A stretch of DNA of 64,000 bases from Klebsormidium nitens (GCA_000708835.1 DF237081.1:62001-126000), one strand, 5' to 3'. Numbered from the stretch's first letter, positions 25,078-39,200 are shown. Program-made: numbers and translations. Notes: generated by a model from the letters alone, not told the origin.

Positions 25078-28000
25078 CTAGTAAGTAGCTACGTCCGACG
25101 CCCCCATCCTAGTTGCTTCGGCGGGGTCTTCGAACACGTAGATCTGCGTGTGTTCCGCCCTGCCAGCACAAGAACCGAAGCGTAGTCAGTGGAAACAGTT
25201 GCCCCGTTTTCTAGTCGCTATGCCAGCGCAGACACTAGGTACTTGCATGAAAACTGGACATCGAGCATGTTTGACTTAACAGCGCTGTTAAAGGCTTGAG
25301 CGAATGTTCGCACGGGGAAAGCTTCTCACCCGCGCTTCTCGGCGAAGATGGGGCAGTAGTTGTAGGTCAGCAGATCCTGCTCCTCTTTGATGCTCTCCGG
25401 CTTGTGGAAGTTCTTGCGGGCCTCGCTGGGCACATGAGACGCGTATAAGAAGACTTGGGCCGAGGATAATGCGAGCAAAGTGGATGCTACAGGACAGGGG
25501 GAACCATATTTTAGAAAGAAGCGGTCCCTTTGAACGGCAGTTCTTTATATTCCAAACTTGGAACGAAGAAAGGGCTAAACGGTTTTGCTTCACAGCGAAC
25601 AACTTGGCTAGCCTTCACACGGGCTCGGAGAAAGGTATGATACGACTGGAATACCGTTTTGGCATGCAGGATTTGACGGCCTTCGGACGGCCTACAAATG
25701 GAACTCCGGAAGACACTTCAACAGCGCACCTTCGAGATTCTTTCGGACATTAAGTTCATGAGCAAAACTCATAATAGAATCCGGACGGAACGTGGACGGA
25801 TCCAGAAGGCGACACGGACAAGATTCGGACAGCACAATCTACAAGATTCTCCGGACGCTGACTTTCTGAGCAGAGTCATGATAGAGTCCGGACGAAACCC
25901 GTACGGGATTCGGACGGATTCAGAAGGAAAAGCGGACGAGATTCGGACGGCGTACCTGACGAAGAAGTTGGCTGCTGCTTGGGTCATGCGGACGGCGTCC
26001 TCCGAGTGCGGGATGTCCGGAACCGCCCATTCGAACGTGTTCTTTTCTGGAAGAAAGCGCACAAGATCTTCATTTGCGAATGTAATTTCTTTCATGTGAT
26101 GAACACGGATGTGTGGAACACCTTCCGTTAACCACGCTGGTTATTCTTCACCAGGCTCGGTCAAGCTGAGAAGGTCACCGGGTCCTCGCGCGTTTTCTTA
26201 GTGTCAGCTTATCACTTTCCGTTAACCAGGCTCCTTTTTTCTAACCAGTCTTGGTTATGGCAAACCATCAGCGTACGTACCTGTGGTGCCACATGGTCGC
26301 GGCGATGGGGACTTCCCGGGCCACCATAGTGCCAACTCACAAGTCTCCGTTAACCACATTAGTTTCGTCTTAACGAGACCCGGTTAAAGAAAACCGTTAG
26401 CGTACCTGGGTGCCACATGGTCGCCGTGATGGGGTACTCGCGCGCCTCCATGGTGCTGACGTACTCCTTTCCGTTCTGGTCGATCGTGGTCGTCAGAGCG
26501 GAAAAGAAGCGGCTCAGGCGCTTGTGCTCTGCTGCCAGTAACTTTTTGGGGGACAGCGCAAACTGCACAAAGCAACTCGCTTTTGATTCAGCATGCGTCA
26601 CAATCGACTTCAATTTCCAAATCCTAGGAGGATCTGATTCAGCAACCCAGACAAAGGGGTGCGAAGTCGCGAATCGCTTTTGCAGCGTCTCACAAAAGCA
26701 ATCACTGAAGATTGAGAATGGACATCTTGCCGACTCAACTTTGCCGTAAGTCTAAAACCACAAAAGTGGTCCTCCTTCCTGATAAATTTGTCAAAAGTCC
26801 CTGGAAGCGGAGCCTGTGGCGCTTCGCCTACCAAGCCTCGACAGTGAATGACCGGTCGAGGTAATCTTATTCTTGATCAGTGGGGCTAGATACCTAGTTT
26901 AAATAAAACAACCAGGCCGCCTGCTCACGTATTAATCATATAGAGCGCTACGCCCAGCCATGGCGAGCGGCTCCTTTCCAACTTGTTCTTTAGATTTTCG
27001 TCTATTTTGGAGAAAACTCGGACGGCGCGCGCGCGAACACTTTCAAACACAAACGAAATGCAGCGTGCCACGTGTCAGTCATTATGTCGCCACGCGGCCC
27101 ACCTTGTGGTTCTCCATGGCGAGCGGCTTCTTCTCGATCTTGTTCTTCAGGTCGTCGTCCATCTTGGAAAAGACGGCGCGCTCGCGCGCCTTTTCGGACA
27201 CGAAGTGCAGCGTGCTCGGCTTGTTGAACATCTTGTACGGGTCCAGCACCTCACGTTCCTACGCGGACGTCCGAAATAAGATGAATGGTTTGACACAAAC
27301 ATAGAAAAGATACTGATCATGTTCTGTGAAACAATCCTCAAGGAATACATACCGAGTCGGGTCTGCTGTCCTTCGCGCATCTTATACGGGTCCTACTGCC
27401 AGCACCTCGCATTCCTGCGCGGACGTCCAAAACAGAAGACGAAAGTTTGAGGATCCAAAAAACAAACATTGAAAAGCATCGATGTTCAGAAAATTGTTTC
27501 TCAAGAATCACAGATTCAAGTGGTTTGAATGTTTCTTGATCGTCAAAGTCCAGCATTCTCGTGCGCTGATGTATATTCAGTCTTCGTACAATCGAACCTT
27601 AGTAGAAGATTGAGTAAGACTGTTCGTTACGAAATCTCTGACGTTCCGCATCGTCTTTTCCCGTGCGGACGTCCGAAAGTAGATAACCATCCTGTACACA
27701 TCCAGCATGTCCTCCTTTTTGATGGCAGTACGGAGGTCCGGCTGCAACAGGTTTATCTGTTTGCTCCGTCAACTATCCCCCTTGTCTTCTTCGGACGAGC
27801 GACTTGAAATGGTTTTTGGGATGCAAAGCGTTTTGCGCGCATCTCTTGCTTGCGAACATTCATCAAAGTCGCGAACAAGGTCGAAGGGCGACATCGCTTG
27901 ATAGTGGTCCGTACTACAAGATAACAGTGAACGTGATTCAAGTAGGATGGGAAGCTAATCCAACTTCATCCTTACCCCTGACACTATAACGCTGAGCGTC

Positions 28001-29731
28001 TCGAAGCCCAGGCAGGTGCCGTGGAGCGGGAAGTAGTCGTCACGCTTGTTGGCGTCGAGAGTAAGCTGCAGGGGAGCAGAGATTACGAAGAGGGGAAAGA
28101 ATAGGGGGTGAAAGATTGAAGAAAGGCAGGGAAGAGTAGAGTAAGATCAGGAAACGGCTGTCAACAGGAATTTGATCAACAAAATTGCGGGAAGCCAGAG
28201 ATTCGCCCAGTGAATGTATTTGCAAGCTGTCGAGAAACACGGAATGCCGAAAACCGAAAGCAACAGAAGCACGCGACTCAGTCGTTTAGATCGATAGGAG
28301 AGATATATTAGGGAGGCTCGGAGAGAGCTTTGTGACACAAACTGATAAAAGACGCGTCCTGCATTCCAATCCTCTAAATCCAGACGATCGTCAGATTATT
28401 CGAACGTTTTGCTTTGAAAATTTTGGTATGTCCTTGCATTGCAGGCTTATGGTTTGCGGGATCCGGATAAAGGCATTGGGATTGTTACAGGCTTACGCTA
28501 AAAAGCTTGCGGGCGCTTTTCATGTAGGGGCTCTCGAGGCTCAGGTTTGCGCTGCCTCCAGGAAACAGGATCCCGTTGATCTGTTTAAAGATCTGGAGAG
28601 GGGACGTCGAAAGCGTCGAGTCAAATGTTGTACAGCAGAGCCCTCAGATCCGTGGAATATTGTAACCTTAAAAGCATTGACTTTGAAGAAAATCCTCTTT
28701 ATGGGTGCACGGCGATGTGGGCAGATGTTTTGGGCTTTTCCAAAGATCGAGTGGTAAGCGAATGCGGTTTTACCCGTCGACAAGATCCTCTGCTCTTGCG
28801 TCCCCAAATCAAAGCAGACCAGGACTCAAAGCCGACTGCAACTCCTCAGCTTTCTTGTGCAGCCAAATGGAAAGTCTTAAACGGCCCAATCATTTTCACC
28901 TTCTCCAGTTGTTCCTCCGTCGAGTTGAAGAGGATTGGCACCGGGCGGGCCCCTCCCGCCTCTACCCACTTGACGTAAGACGCCTCGATGTGTGACGTGT
29001 TTGTCTCTTCCTGCGAGCGTACATGAGAAAAGTCGGTCAAATTCGAGTAACTTTTTTCCAGCGCCTCGATACATAATGAAGCAAAGACAGTTTCTTTTCG
29101 GCTCACTGCAAATACCAAAGCAGTTTGCTCAAGTGAAAGATATCCAGTCGAAGACCAGCAAGAAGAATATACCATTTTTTGAATGTCGACACCGTCTCAA
29201 CAAGCTGTCTGCCGGCTGTACCTGGTAAGCTTTGAGCACCCGTTCACGAAATGTCAAAAGTCGGAACGAAGATCCGTCCAGAGCCTCGCTTTACAGGTGA
29301 TCATTACACTTGAATTGTCCGCCTCTTCGACCCGCATTCCAAAAAGCACACACTTTCGTTCCGCCCACCTGACCATTTTCGTCCAGGCTCCCTTTCCCCG
29401 GCTTGGTCAGGATGCCAATGAGCGGCCGGGGATTGAACCCTTCCCCCCGGTTCCCTGTCCCGGCGACCATGATACTCTCTACGGTGGACGGGAATGTCGC
29501 CTGATTATTCGATCCGCTGGGCGGAAATTCCGCCCGGTCTCTACCCCCAGCGGACTGGCATGTCGCCCTAAAAGTCGCTCCGGTGGGCAGCAGCCGGCGC
29601 CCTTGTTGAACGGCGCCAAAGAAGGGCCCGCCATAGCCGCGCGCGTCGACCGTGAGGATGGAACTAGAGAGGAGAACAAGAGTGAGAAGGAGCCATCTCC
29701 CAGCGAATGCGCGCGCGCAGCTTTGCTCCAT
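25078..29731 (-). CDS. GGH: Gamma-glutamyl hydrolase (peptidase C26) with signal peptide
   Basis: RPLIGIL, ASYVKWVEAGGARPVP, INGILFPGG, DYFPLHGTCLGFE (catalytic Cys), MWHP|EKNTFEW (HPE motif), EARKN, QIYVF; phases consistent. Confidence 0.93.
25670..27690 (-). repeat. Intronic duplications in GGH, including exon and junction copies
   Basis: ttcggacg-rich duplication 25778-25955; donor copy 26275-26340 versus real 26401-26460; near-whole-exon copy 26945-27075 versus real ~27100-27215; acceptor copies (cctgcgcggacgtcc) at ~27385-27435, ~27545 and ~27645-27680. Confidence 0.78.
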
Positions 29732-30315
29732 ACTGCGTAACGGCCGGGTCTACGAGTCTGCGCAGAGAGTTGGTCTTATGCGCTGCAGCCAACGGGTGAG
29801 GGAATGCGCCAAGCCGCTTGCTTCGACGTTGCGTCTTGTTCGGCTGCGCTCCTGCTTCCTCCGCAAAAACTCGCCTTTCTGCTTTTACCTCTCTTCAAGC
29901 GTGTTTCTTTTGAGAGCCAAAATGCCCTGTTTCTGGAGTTAACCGCGGGTATCGAGCAAGACACGAAAATGCTTTTCTTTGTAGGCCGCCGCCAAAGGCA
30001 TCAGGTCCTGCCTGCAGGTGATTGCTTAAAAAATCCACGACTCGCTGGGGCTTGCCAAACCGCCTTTTTACAAACAACGTGCCTTCTTGAACGGAACGAC
30101 TCGAGAGCGACAGAAGCGCATGCTGGCATGTCGGTATGCAACCGAGCAGCTCCGACAGGTAACGTGTAAGTCGAAACAATGAACATTGGCCGACTGCGGT
30201 CGAGCTTGATCAGACGGTGGCTTGCAATTCAAGCTGAGATTCATGCGCACGGGCTAGCTTCGTCGAATCGCGTGCTGCCATGTGGCTAGCACTGCAGCCT
30301 ACCGGCCCGGCTAAG

Positions 30316-30504
30316 ATATCTCTTCAATTTAGGTAAAAGTAAGCTTCAGGTAAAGTAAGCCAAGCAGCCTGACACGGGTGGGGTTAGTTTGGGGGTTATG
30401 GTGGGTTCGGGTGCGGAGCGGGTGCTCTTCAGGGTTAGGTTTTTTAGTGTTAGGGTGGGAGCTTACTATACCTCGAGCTTACTTTACCTAAATTGAAGAG
30501 ATAT
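30316..30504. mobile_element. Mutator-like MITE, 189 bp, ~45-bp TIRs, 9-bp TSD
   Basis: TIR ATATCTCTTCAATTTAGGTAAA(A)GTAAGC at both ends; exact direct repeat CCGGCTAAG at 30307-30315 and 30505-30513. Confidence 0.88.
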
Positions 30505-31455
30505 CCGGCTAAGGACGAACACGAAACGCCGCTGAATTGAAGGCATGTCACTTCCATGGCGGGCCCGCCGAACCGTACGCCCTTTTCGTCTCACGTAAGC
30601 CCACTAAAAGCTTCAGCACACTGCCAGGCAGTTGTAGGTAGAGCGACGGGGTATAAGAATCCAACGTATAAATATCTTCGCATGTGAATTAACATCAGAA
30701 GACTAATGCGCACCACATATTTGCATCTAGTCACTTGCTCGTACATCGAATTACAAGATTAAGTGTACATTGCACTGTAGACTTCATACATGTACTCTCT
30801 TTTCGTTGATCATACAGAGGCCGGGACCGTATACATGGGCGCATACATGGGCCATAGCAGTGCTGGCTTACAATCATGATCGCATCCATGTATAGATCAC
30901 ATGGTGTTTTGAGTTCGGACCACGCAAGCATTGCTAACTCCGTATCACGCGTTGAACGCTTATTTGGGTAATTACCGCCGTCCACATCAGGAAGTTGCTT
31001 AAATGCCATTGAAAGACTTGTGCGACCGCCGCGGCCCTGGCACTGCAGGGCAGCAATGACTCAAGTCCTTCTGCCGAATGCGGGGATCAAGGCAAATTAA
31101 AGGCGGCCGGCGTGCCACCAGGATGCCGACTCTGATGCAATCAGCTCGAGTATTATGTTTGAATCAATGATTTGTGCAACTGAAGCTGTACGTTATTCTT
31201 TGCACTCACAGCGCTTGATTAGCACCGGCCGGGCTGGGTAGTGAGTACCGCCCTACACGTGAGTAGCTCCACGATAGTACAACGACGAAGTGTTTCCACT
31301 GCAGCTATTGCAGGTGTGAGATCTCATAAATAAGTTAAACGTCAGATCCGTAGTGTCTGCGCTCTGGTTACTCCACTGTTAAAAGGAAGCGAGCCTCCTA
31401 ACGTCTCAACCGCTATGTCTTGATGCTCGCCCCGTGCTACGGACCAACAACAGCA

Positions 31456-34400
31456 TCAGCTTCGAGTTAGGGCAATTGCCTTCAGCATAACCTGAACAAC
31501 AACGCCGTACGCTTCCGAGATGTAATGCATCCCATCTGGAGCACACGACTCCCCGCAACTCCCCGTCACTCTGAACAGGTCGAGAAGAACACCGGGCCCG
31601 TCCGGCAGCAACAGCCCGCTTTCCGACGCCACTTCGTTGTACGTCCGCAACATGCTTTCGGTCAGCCGAGCCCGCTTTGCCTGCAAGCGAAAGGCGAAGC
31701 CGTTGGGTCTCAGCTCGTCGGTTGAGTTCTGTCCGGTTTTGCCTCGGATGTCTGCAGGCCTTGAAGTCGTACCGGTTGTTTGAATGACAAGTTTGTCAGG
31801 GAAGACGACTAGTAAACAACAACGCTCCGAAGAGTCCTCCGGCATCGGTTCCGTCCCGTTTTAAAGTGAGCGTCCGATTTCAAAGCTCCGGAAATGCACA
31901 CTCCGTGCACCTGAGTCTTTTCTCAATGAACCAGATTGCAACTTGGGCCAATTTGGGCCCCCATCACCGTAGATGGCCTTGAGGTGTCCATGCACGGCCT
32001 ACGCTCACTCGATCGGAGACGGAACTGGAGATGAAGACGGGCAAGCACGGAATCAACACACTTCCTTTGGACAATCCAGAAAGCAGGCCAGGACGCAAAC
32101 GGGAAGATCAACGGCTGGCAGACAATCCGTCGATCAGAAAAGCTTCGAAGAGCTATAATCTGAAAGAGCGACAGACGCCGGATTGCCTCATCTTGTCGAT
32201 CTTACATTTACCACGTAAAGAACGCAGCGAGGCACCAAGTCGAGCGCTCTTCTTTCCACACAAGAAAAGTCGAAATGAAGCGCTTGCGCATCTCGATCTT
32301 TACTTATCGAGTTGACAACATTCCGAGGCTAGCCGTCGGAGCACCCACCTCGGTGTTGAGTTTCTCCGTGATGAGGAGCGGGCTGTTGAGCCAGAATACA
32401 AGCGGCTGCCGACGCCCCGCTATTCGGTACGTTTCCTGCAGCGTCGCCGTCAGCTGTTGCAGATTCCGGGCGTAGTCCTCTGGGTCGTTAGTGTAGAGCA
32501 TGTGCCACAGGCCGAAACTCAAAACCTGAAAAGATTTTAGAGAACTCAAGCTTCTTTCTACGAAGCAGCGCCTGGTTGCTTGGTAGTTGCAAGCTGAGAA
32601 ACGTAGGAGTAATAAAAAGGAGACGAGACAACGTCTCATCAGCCCTTGGGGCCACTCCTGTAGAGCATGGGCCACAGACCGAAATTCAATCCCTTGAAAG
32701 CCGTGAATATAATGAGTTAGAGATTGACGATAGAGCAATGTGGACTGGGGCCCGCGTGTTTGATAGCTGCATGCTGACACAAAGAAGAAGGGGCAAAGAG
32801 ACCGAAGCCCACTGCCTGTGATAGTTGTGGAAACGCTTTGGTATGTAAGCTGCATGTCATGGTAGTCGCATGCTGAGATATGATACTGGCAGCAAAGAGC
32901 ATGTATCAGAGGCCGAATTTCACAACGTGGGAAATGCGGGAAAGAAAAGGATCTTGAACGTAGATTCTGCGTGTCTAATAGTCGTCATACTGGCTGCAAC
33001 GTAATGCCGTTCGTACAATCTACGAGCCCTCGAGACTGTACGGCCGTTGAGATCGATGGCTGGAACGGCTCGTTCGTTTTCCACGTGTAGGTCATGCTGC
33101 CTTCCGAGGGGCATGCTTTCGCTGTTTCATAGCAGGACTTTTATCAACCGGGCAAAGTTTGTTACGAAGTCTTGGAAGGTACTCTTGAGGATACAGGAGG
33201 CAATCGGAAAAGGCACAATAAGTGTGAAGGCCCTCAACAGAACTGGATGCCCAAAGTCACAGAGCCGTGCTTGAGATGCGGCGTCGACCGAGACAGGCAT
33301 CAGTTGACGAACGAGCGATCACGAGGGTTCGCCTCTGTTGTCATACGAAACCGTAAGCTGTCCCGAAAAACAGTGGGATGCACGTTAGGATGCGCGCTGC
33401 CTCCATCTCTTATGGGCGACTTGGTCTGTATGATGAGCTGCCAAGCATTCTTCTTGACAAATACTGTTCCAGCCACATTCGAAAAAGCTTCAACTTCCAG
33501 CTTCTTCCGTAACTTGAAGACTGGTGTCTTGTCTTTCAGAGCTTTCAACCCGTCAAAGCGTCCGAATCGGAAATGGATGTGTGGCTCACTTTCAGTGAAG
33601 GGCTTGTGACCACTGTTGACACTTACTCAGGTCTTGATCTTGCTTCACAAACTCAGACGACAAAAAGAGGTCTTCAGATATGAACGAAACCAGGTCCAAA
33701 GACTACAAATTTTCAAGGAACACAGTCGCCGGTGGAAATCGTCTCACCATGACCGCAGGCGGTTCAGTTGCGCGCCCCTCGGTTTGCAACCGCTCAGTGA
33801 CGTTTGATGCGAACGGCGCCCACCAGAACTCGATGCTGCCAACAAAAGAAAGAACCAGGAATCAAATAGGGGAAATTGGCAGGAACGGAGAGGCTGTTGC
33901 TCAATCAGGGCCTATTGAGCTGTTGCGTTAGTACGGACTTTCTCTGGGCCAGTCGAGGCTTGTTCCTGTGCCCCACCCGTGCAATAACCTGCAAGACTCT
34001 TGCTCCATGTATCTTAATCCCAATTCGTTTGTTTCCAAACAATCTCCGAAACTAATCACGCGGCGGATGGATATGAACGTCGAAGTAACCCTTGTGCTCT
34101 GCATTCAAACGATTTTTTTCGACATGATCAGTGTGGCCTCTTACCACAGACTCCCCTCGCCAGCTGTCACGTTCCAGTCTTGGTGCTTTCGCTGAAAGAG
34201 CATCAGCTCGTCCTCCTCAATGCCCCTCAACAGCAACAACAGCGCCAACGCAAAGAGCCGCCCCTGCGAGTCTCCCGCCACCACTATTCTAGTTACTGAT
34301 TCATTTGCTTCTTTCGATGGTGTCAGTGCAGCGCTGACTGTCCTTTGTGGACCGCTGAGTGCTGCCCTCTCTGCTGTGCTCTCATCTGCTGACGACAGCG

Positions 34401-35610
34401 ACCCGCTCAACCGGGCCAACGACTGGACACTCTCTAGGCGTCCCCAGGTGGTGAAGTTGCACAGCTGGACGCCTAGAGGATCCCATTCCCAGAGCATGTG
34501 ACTCCCCTGCTGATTTAAAGACTCAGCACTCCCCCTCTTTTCTACACTGACTGAGTTATGTACGCCTCTTGTTTGGTCAGCTTCTGACTTGACCAGACTC
34601 GTATTTCTCCAAGTTCCCACAGCGAGCGTGTCTAAGCAAAACTGCAGGCTGGAATTTCTGCTGCCGTTAGCTACAGCAGTGGAGGAATGAGGAGCATGAC
34701 GTTGGCTTCTGTTGGTGATCTGCATCAAGAATGAGAGCATGGAAAAGTGTGAGAGATGGTGGTGCATCTGGCAGGTCGAGTAACGAGCAAGTCATCGTTT
34801 CCTGCCTGGCGCAAGGGTGGAAGTCCAATATACTGCCAACATAGGACGTACCAGATGTTTGAAATCAACCGAGGAGAATCCACATGATGATCTTGCCATG
34901 ATGCGACCCCACCCCCACCAGCGCAGCATTGCAAGGTTCAAGGTTCTGCGTCTTTTTCGCTTACTCAAGTATTGCTGACTTGCGTCTCAGTCCTTGGTTA
35001 TGTGAATCGCGATTACAATGCCATCATTCAAGATGGCCACATTCCTCACCTGCTGACCATAAATCTCCACGGTTTCACCAGAAAAGAGTCTCCCAGACTT
35101 CGGTTGTGGATGAGAGGCGTTGCGCTCAACAGTCTCTGCACTAGCTGTTTGGTTCTGAAGCTCTGGCCGGAGTTCACTTTGAGATCTGGGGTTTGAGCTG
35201 TTGTTAAGAGCCTCAACTGGACTCCTTAACCCTGATTCTGGATTCGTCAACTTGGAGTCTGGACTCTCTCTTCCCTCCTCTGTCTCGGCGCCAGATGGCA
35301 GCTCATTATAGGCCACTGCGCCGTTGCTGACATTTCCAAGTGGTTTAAAGGGACTCTGCTGGAAAGCCTTCTCTCCGGCCTCAACAAAAGCTGCGATGGG
35401 GGGGCCATACTTGATGCTTGTGAACTCGCGCAGCTGGTCAGGGCCTGGGAACAACGATGCAACAATTGGGATGGGTACGGCAAACAGGAAGAGGATGATT
35501 GCAGCAGGGAGCAAGCGCGTGTCCTGCTGAGCCCTCCGTCCCAGCAAGTACGCGCCGACCAGCAGCGAAGAGGACAGAACCCACTGCACGAGGAAGCTCA
35601 GGGAGGACAT
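31456..35610 (-). CDS. Membrane-anchored SGNH/PC-esterase (CAS1 N-terminal or TBL-like) O-acyltransferase/esterase
   Basis: N-terminal TM segments; RIVVAGDSQGR (GDS); IEFWWAPF; VLSFGLWHML; FWLNSPLLITEKLNTE|AKRARLT; terminal DGMHY (DxxH). Confidence 0.75.
32490..32940 (-). repeat. Three copies of an SGNH exon acceptor region
   Basis: gagcatgtgccacaggccgaaactcaaaacctgaaaag (~32497, real), gagcatgggccacagaccgaaattcaatcccttgaaag (~32663), gagcatgtatcagaggccgaatttcacaacgtgggaaa (~32898). Confidence 0.7.
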
Positions 35611-36210
35611 CTTCCCAAGAAGAGCTGCAAGCGCATCATTCCTTTAGGCCATGATGGTCCGCCTTCTGCCCGGCTGCACACGCACCTGCAGAATGTGGAG
35701 CCACACTAGTCAACGCGGATCGCAGCTGCTGCTCGGACATGCGGACACGACTTGGAACGCTACAAAAGCTGAGTCTGTCCGACAGAACCCCACCGTCCAA
35801 AGTGAAGATCGACGATTTGGGATGCAAGCAGTGGAAAGCGGTGGTCGTCCTGAGGACAGTGGTCTAATACCATGGGCATCAATGACAATATGACAGCTCT
35901 CGAAACCTCACGCCAGTGACTCTGCTTTATGAGCTAGCGCATTCATGATCATCAAAGCAGTACAGAAAAGGTTCGAGCTCTCGCAGTGCTACTTAGCTTT
36001 TCGTTATGTCACGTAGAGCTCTGTGTGTTTGAAAACATCAAGTGTGCAGCTGCGCAAGCAGCGGCGACCCGGCCGGTAGATGTTGTGCAAGGGCGACGAT
36101 GACGAGGAATTCCTTTTACTGTAAAATTTCCAAAGCATTCAATGATTTGGACGGGAAATTTGAAGGGACTCCAACAACAGCACACGGTCGCAGCAAACCC
36201 ATGACATGCT

Positions 36211-39200
36211 CTACGAACCTTTCTTCTTACTTTTCTGTCTACTGTTGCTGTTCTTCGACTTTTTATTATGCCCTTTCTTGTTGTTGGCTTTGTGTGCTAG
36301 CCGCTTTTTGATGTGTTGCTTCAGAGAGGATCCCGGTTTAGCTAACTTCTTGTTCCGCTCTTTCAGCCGCTCCTTCCCGTATGCAAGAAGCTCATCATCT
36401 CCACTATTCCCTCGCTCCTCGTCCGAGTCTTCGTCTCCCAAACCTTTGATGATGACGGTTGTGACTGCCGCTGCATCATCATAAACGACGACATCTGCAA
36501 TGAAATGAAAAGCCCGTCAGCCAACGACCGTTGGCAGCATGAGAATTGAGGATTGGGAAGCAAGATTTTGTGGACCTGATGGCTGATCAAACAAACGCTC
36601 GGATCTCTTGACCGCAAGCGAAACATAGGGCTGGCTCGAGCTCTCTTATTGCGCAAAACCCCATGAGCGGCTAGGTCGAAACCGTGCGATATACTGAGAT
36701 GCAGACCTTCCAGACGATGTTCTTGGCAGAAAGCATGTGTTGGACATCCTGGCAAGATCAACTCAGAATCTGAGGTATACGAAGTAGGCATATAGAGGTA
36801 CATGAGTGCCTCACTGATTTGACCACCAAAAAAGGTTAGCGTCGGTACATCGACTAGAAAGCAAAAGTCTCGATCGAAAGGCCACTCAGGATCGAAATGA
36901 CTAGAATGAAAGCCAGTCCCTGCTTCAAAGCGTCTCAAGGGTGCTCAAATAACAGCAACCGCTTCTGTATGGTAGTGAATATGAGAGGCCCACTGATTTT
37001 CCGATCTCTATAATGCGGATGCGGATGCAGATAGTGCTTTTTGCTACGAAGGTCGCAAAGGAAGGTGGCAGCTCAGGATGCCAGCCAGTCTGACGTTCTC
37101 CCTGCAACCCATCGTGCCAAAATCTCACTTTGTGAAAAAGTGCAGGCGCCTCTCCCAGCACAGATTGTTGGAAACACGGTTCAAGACGAGGAACTGTACC
37201 TGAAGCTTTGACTCATGAGAGAAACGTCGCTTATTGAACTGCAGCCTTTTGAAAGCACCCTGGCTTACGTGCATGTGGCCGCCCTTGAACGCCTCTGCTT
37301 ATGGCCCAGCTCCTAATATCCGACCCTGGCTTATGCCCCTAAACATCCCAATTTTCAGAAGGTCGGAATTACGAAAGATACTGACAACGGCTCACCTTCT
37401 AATCTCTCCTTCGCGTCGTCCTCTTCTGGCGGTTCCCCCGCATCACTCTCCTTGCCTGCCACGTCATCTGCTGACATCAGCTGCGCACCCTTCCCAGCCT
37501 CGGCTATATTCGCCTGTTCAGCGAGCCGCCTCTGCGAAAAGGTTGAGCTTTTTGAGGTCAGTGCAGGTGACCTGCCATCGAACTCAGGTTTCAATGTCTC
37601 GTACTGTTGCAGATTGCGCTCTGGAACCCGGGCTCTTCGACGTTGAAAAAACGAGACTCTTCGTGGGAAAGGACATGAACAGGACATCTCAAAGACAAGG
37701 GGACCCAAACCATCAGCTGGTTCTGTGAACAAATCCACAATCAATGTTCGAGAAGAAAGATTGGCGCAAATACGTGCCGCAAAGATGTGACGGCCCATAG
37801 TCGTCCAGACACAAGCGTTATGTATTGTACAAGAAAAGCAGTCCAACCTGGCAGAGCGCAGAATGTACCACGATGATAGAAAGGCATTGGCGCAGTCGAC
37901 CTACATTTCAAGATTCCGCAATTTGAGTTTCGACTCGGCTCAGGTTTTTGGGGACTATCTACATCGACTGTACGATCGGAATGGACCTTGATGAGGTGAC
38001 TGGTTGCCAGCATTTCAGTGTAACATCTACTTCCTCTTGCGAGGGGCTTACCTCTTTTCTGATCTGGATCCGTTTCTTCCGCTCTTTCTCAATGTTTTCT
38101 TTCTCCGCTTGCTTTCGCCGCTGCTGCTTCCGCTTCCGAAACCCCGTGACAAACTCCCTGCAACTCAGAAAGGGGCATTTTCAACTTGGAAGTAGATGAC
38201 GAAAACAAACGCCTGTCCCAAACCGTTTCTTATGAGCAACAGACAATCCTGTGTTTTAAAGGGCTGACTTGATCTTCCTGATTATGCGTGAAGCAAGCAG
38301 ATCCCGAAAATGCCATGATAAGCTTCTCGACAGAAATAAGGCCTCTGCAAACCCAGGTGCTTGGCACATGTGACCACCCTTACATCAGATATTTTTGCAG
38401 GGCACCTTACAGCGCTTTTACGAAAGGGGATGACCAAAAAAACACAGCATCTCCTGCTTCCAGGAAACACATCGCTGTTACTTCACCGTGCACCCGCAAC
38501 ATGGAAGAGATTTCTAAGCTTTTCGACAAACTGTCACATGTGAGCAAGGGACAGGACCGGGAATGACAAGGAGTCGGTGCATCTGAAAACAAAGCGACTC
38601 CCGATACGGTATACTTCAGGCTGGGCGCCAGAATAAGCCAGTGACTTCCGGAACGCTCTTCGCACCACCAGCATTAATCTGGCTGATTATCCGCCAGCTC
38701 TAAACCATGAAGATGTTGGCAAAGAGGCTTTCAACAACTGAGTATACCCCAAGCATATAGACTGATTTCTACAGTGTTAGAAATTCTAGGAGCGCAAGGA
38801 CTTGAATCAATCAAGTGTCCACCTACTGAATCTGCCAGGATGCATTATCCGATAGAAAAGACTGCCACCGCTGCAATGAGAAGATGTCATTGAAGGCCAG
38901 CACTACAACCACATTGATCGCTAAAAGTTCATTCACTGCTTTTCAGTGATCAACAGCAACGCTTTAAACCAGCTCAAACACTTGAACTGTTACCACGTTT
39001 TACCACAAAGTCCAGCGCCCAGCAGACAAGGCAAAAGAACAATTGCACAGGACTTTACTTCTGAAAGAGAGGCCACGACCACCATCTGAGCGTCCATTTG
39101 TTTTTGGGTCATAAACAGATTCCGATTTCGTGATTTCGTGTTTTGAAACCCCCAGAAGCTCAAAAGCAGCCACACCTTCTCGCATTCTCATCAAAAACTG

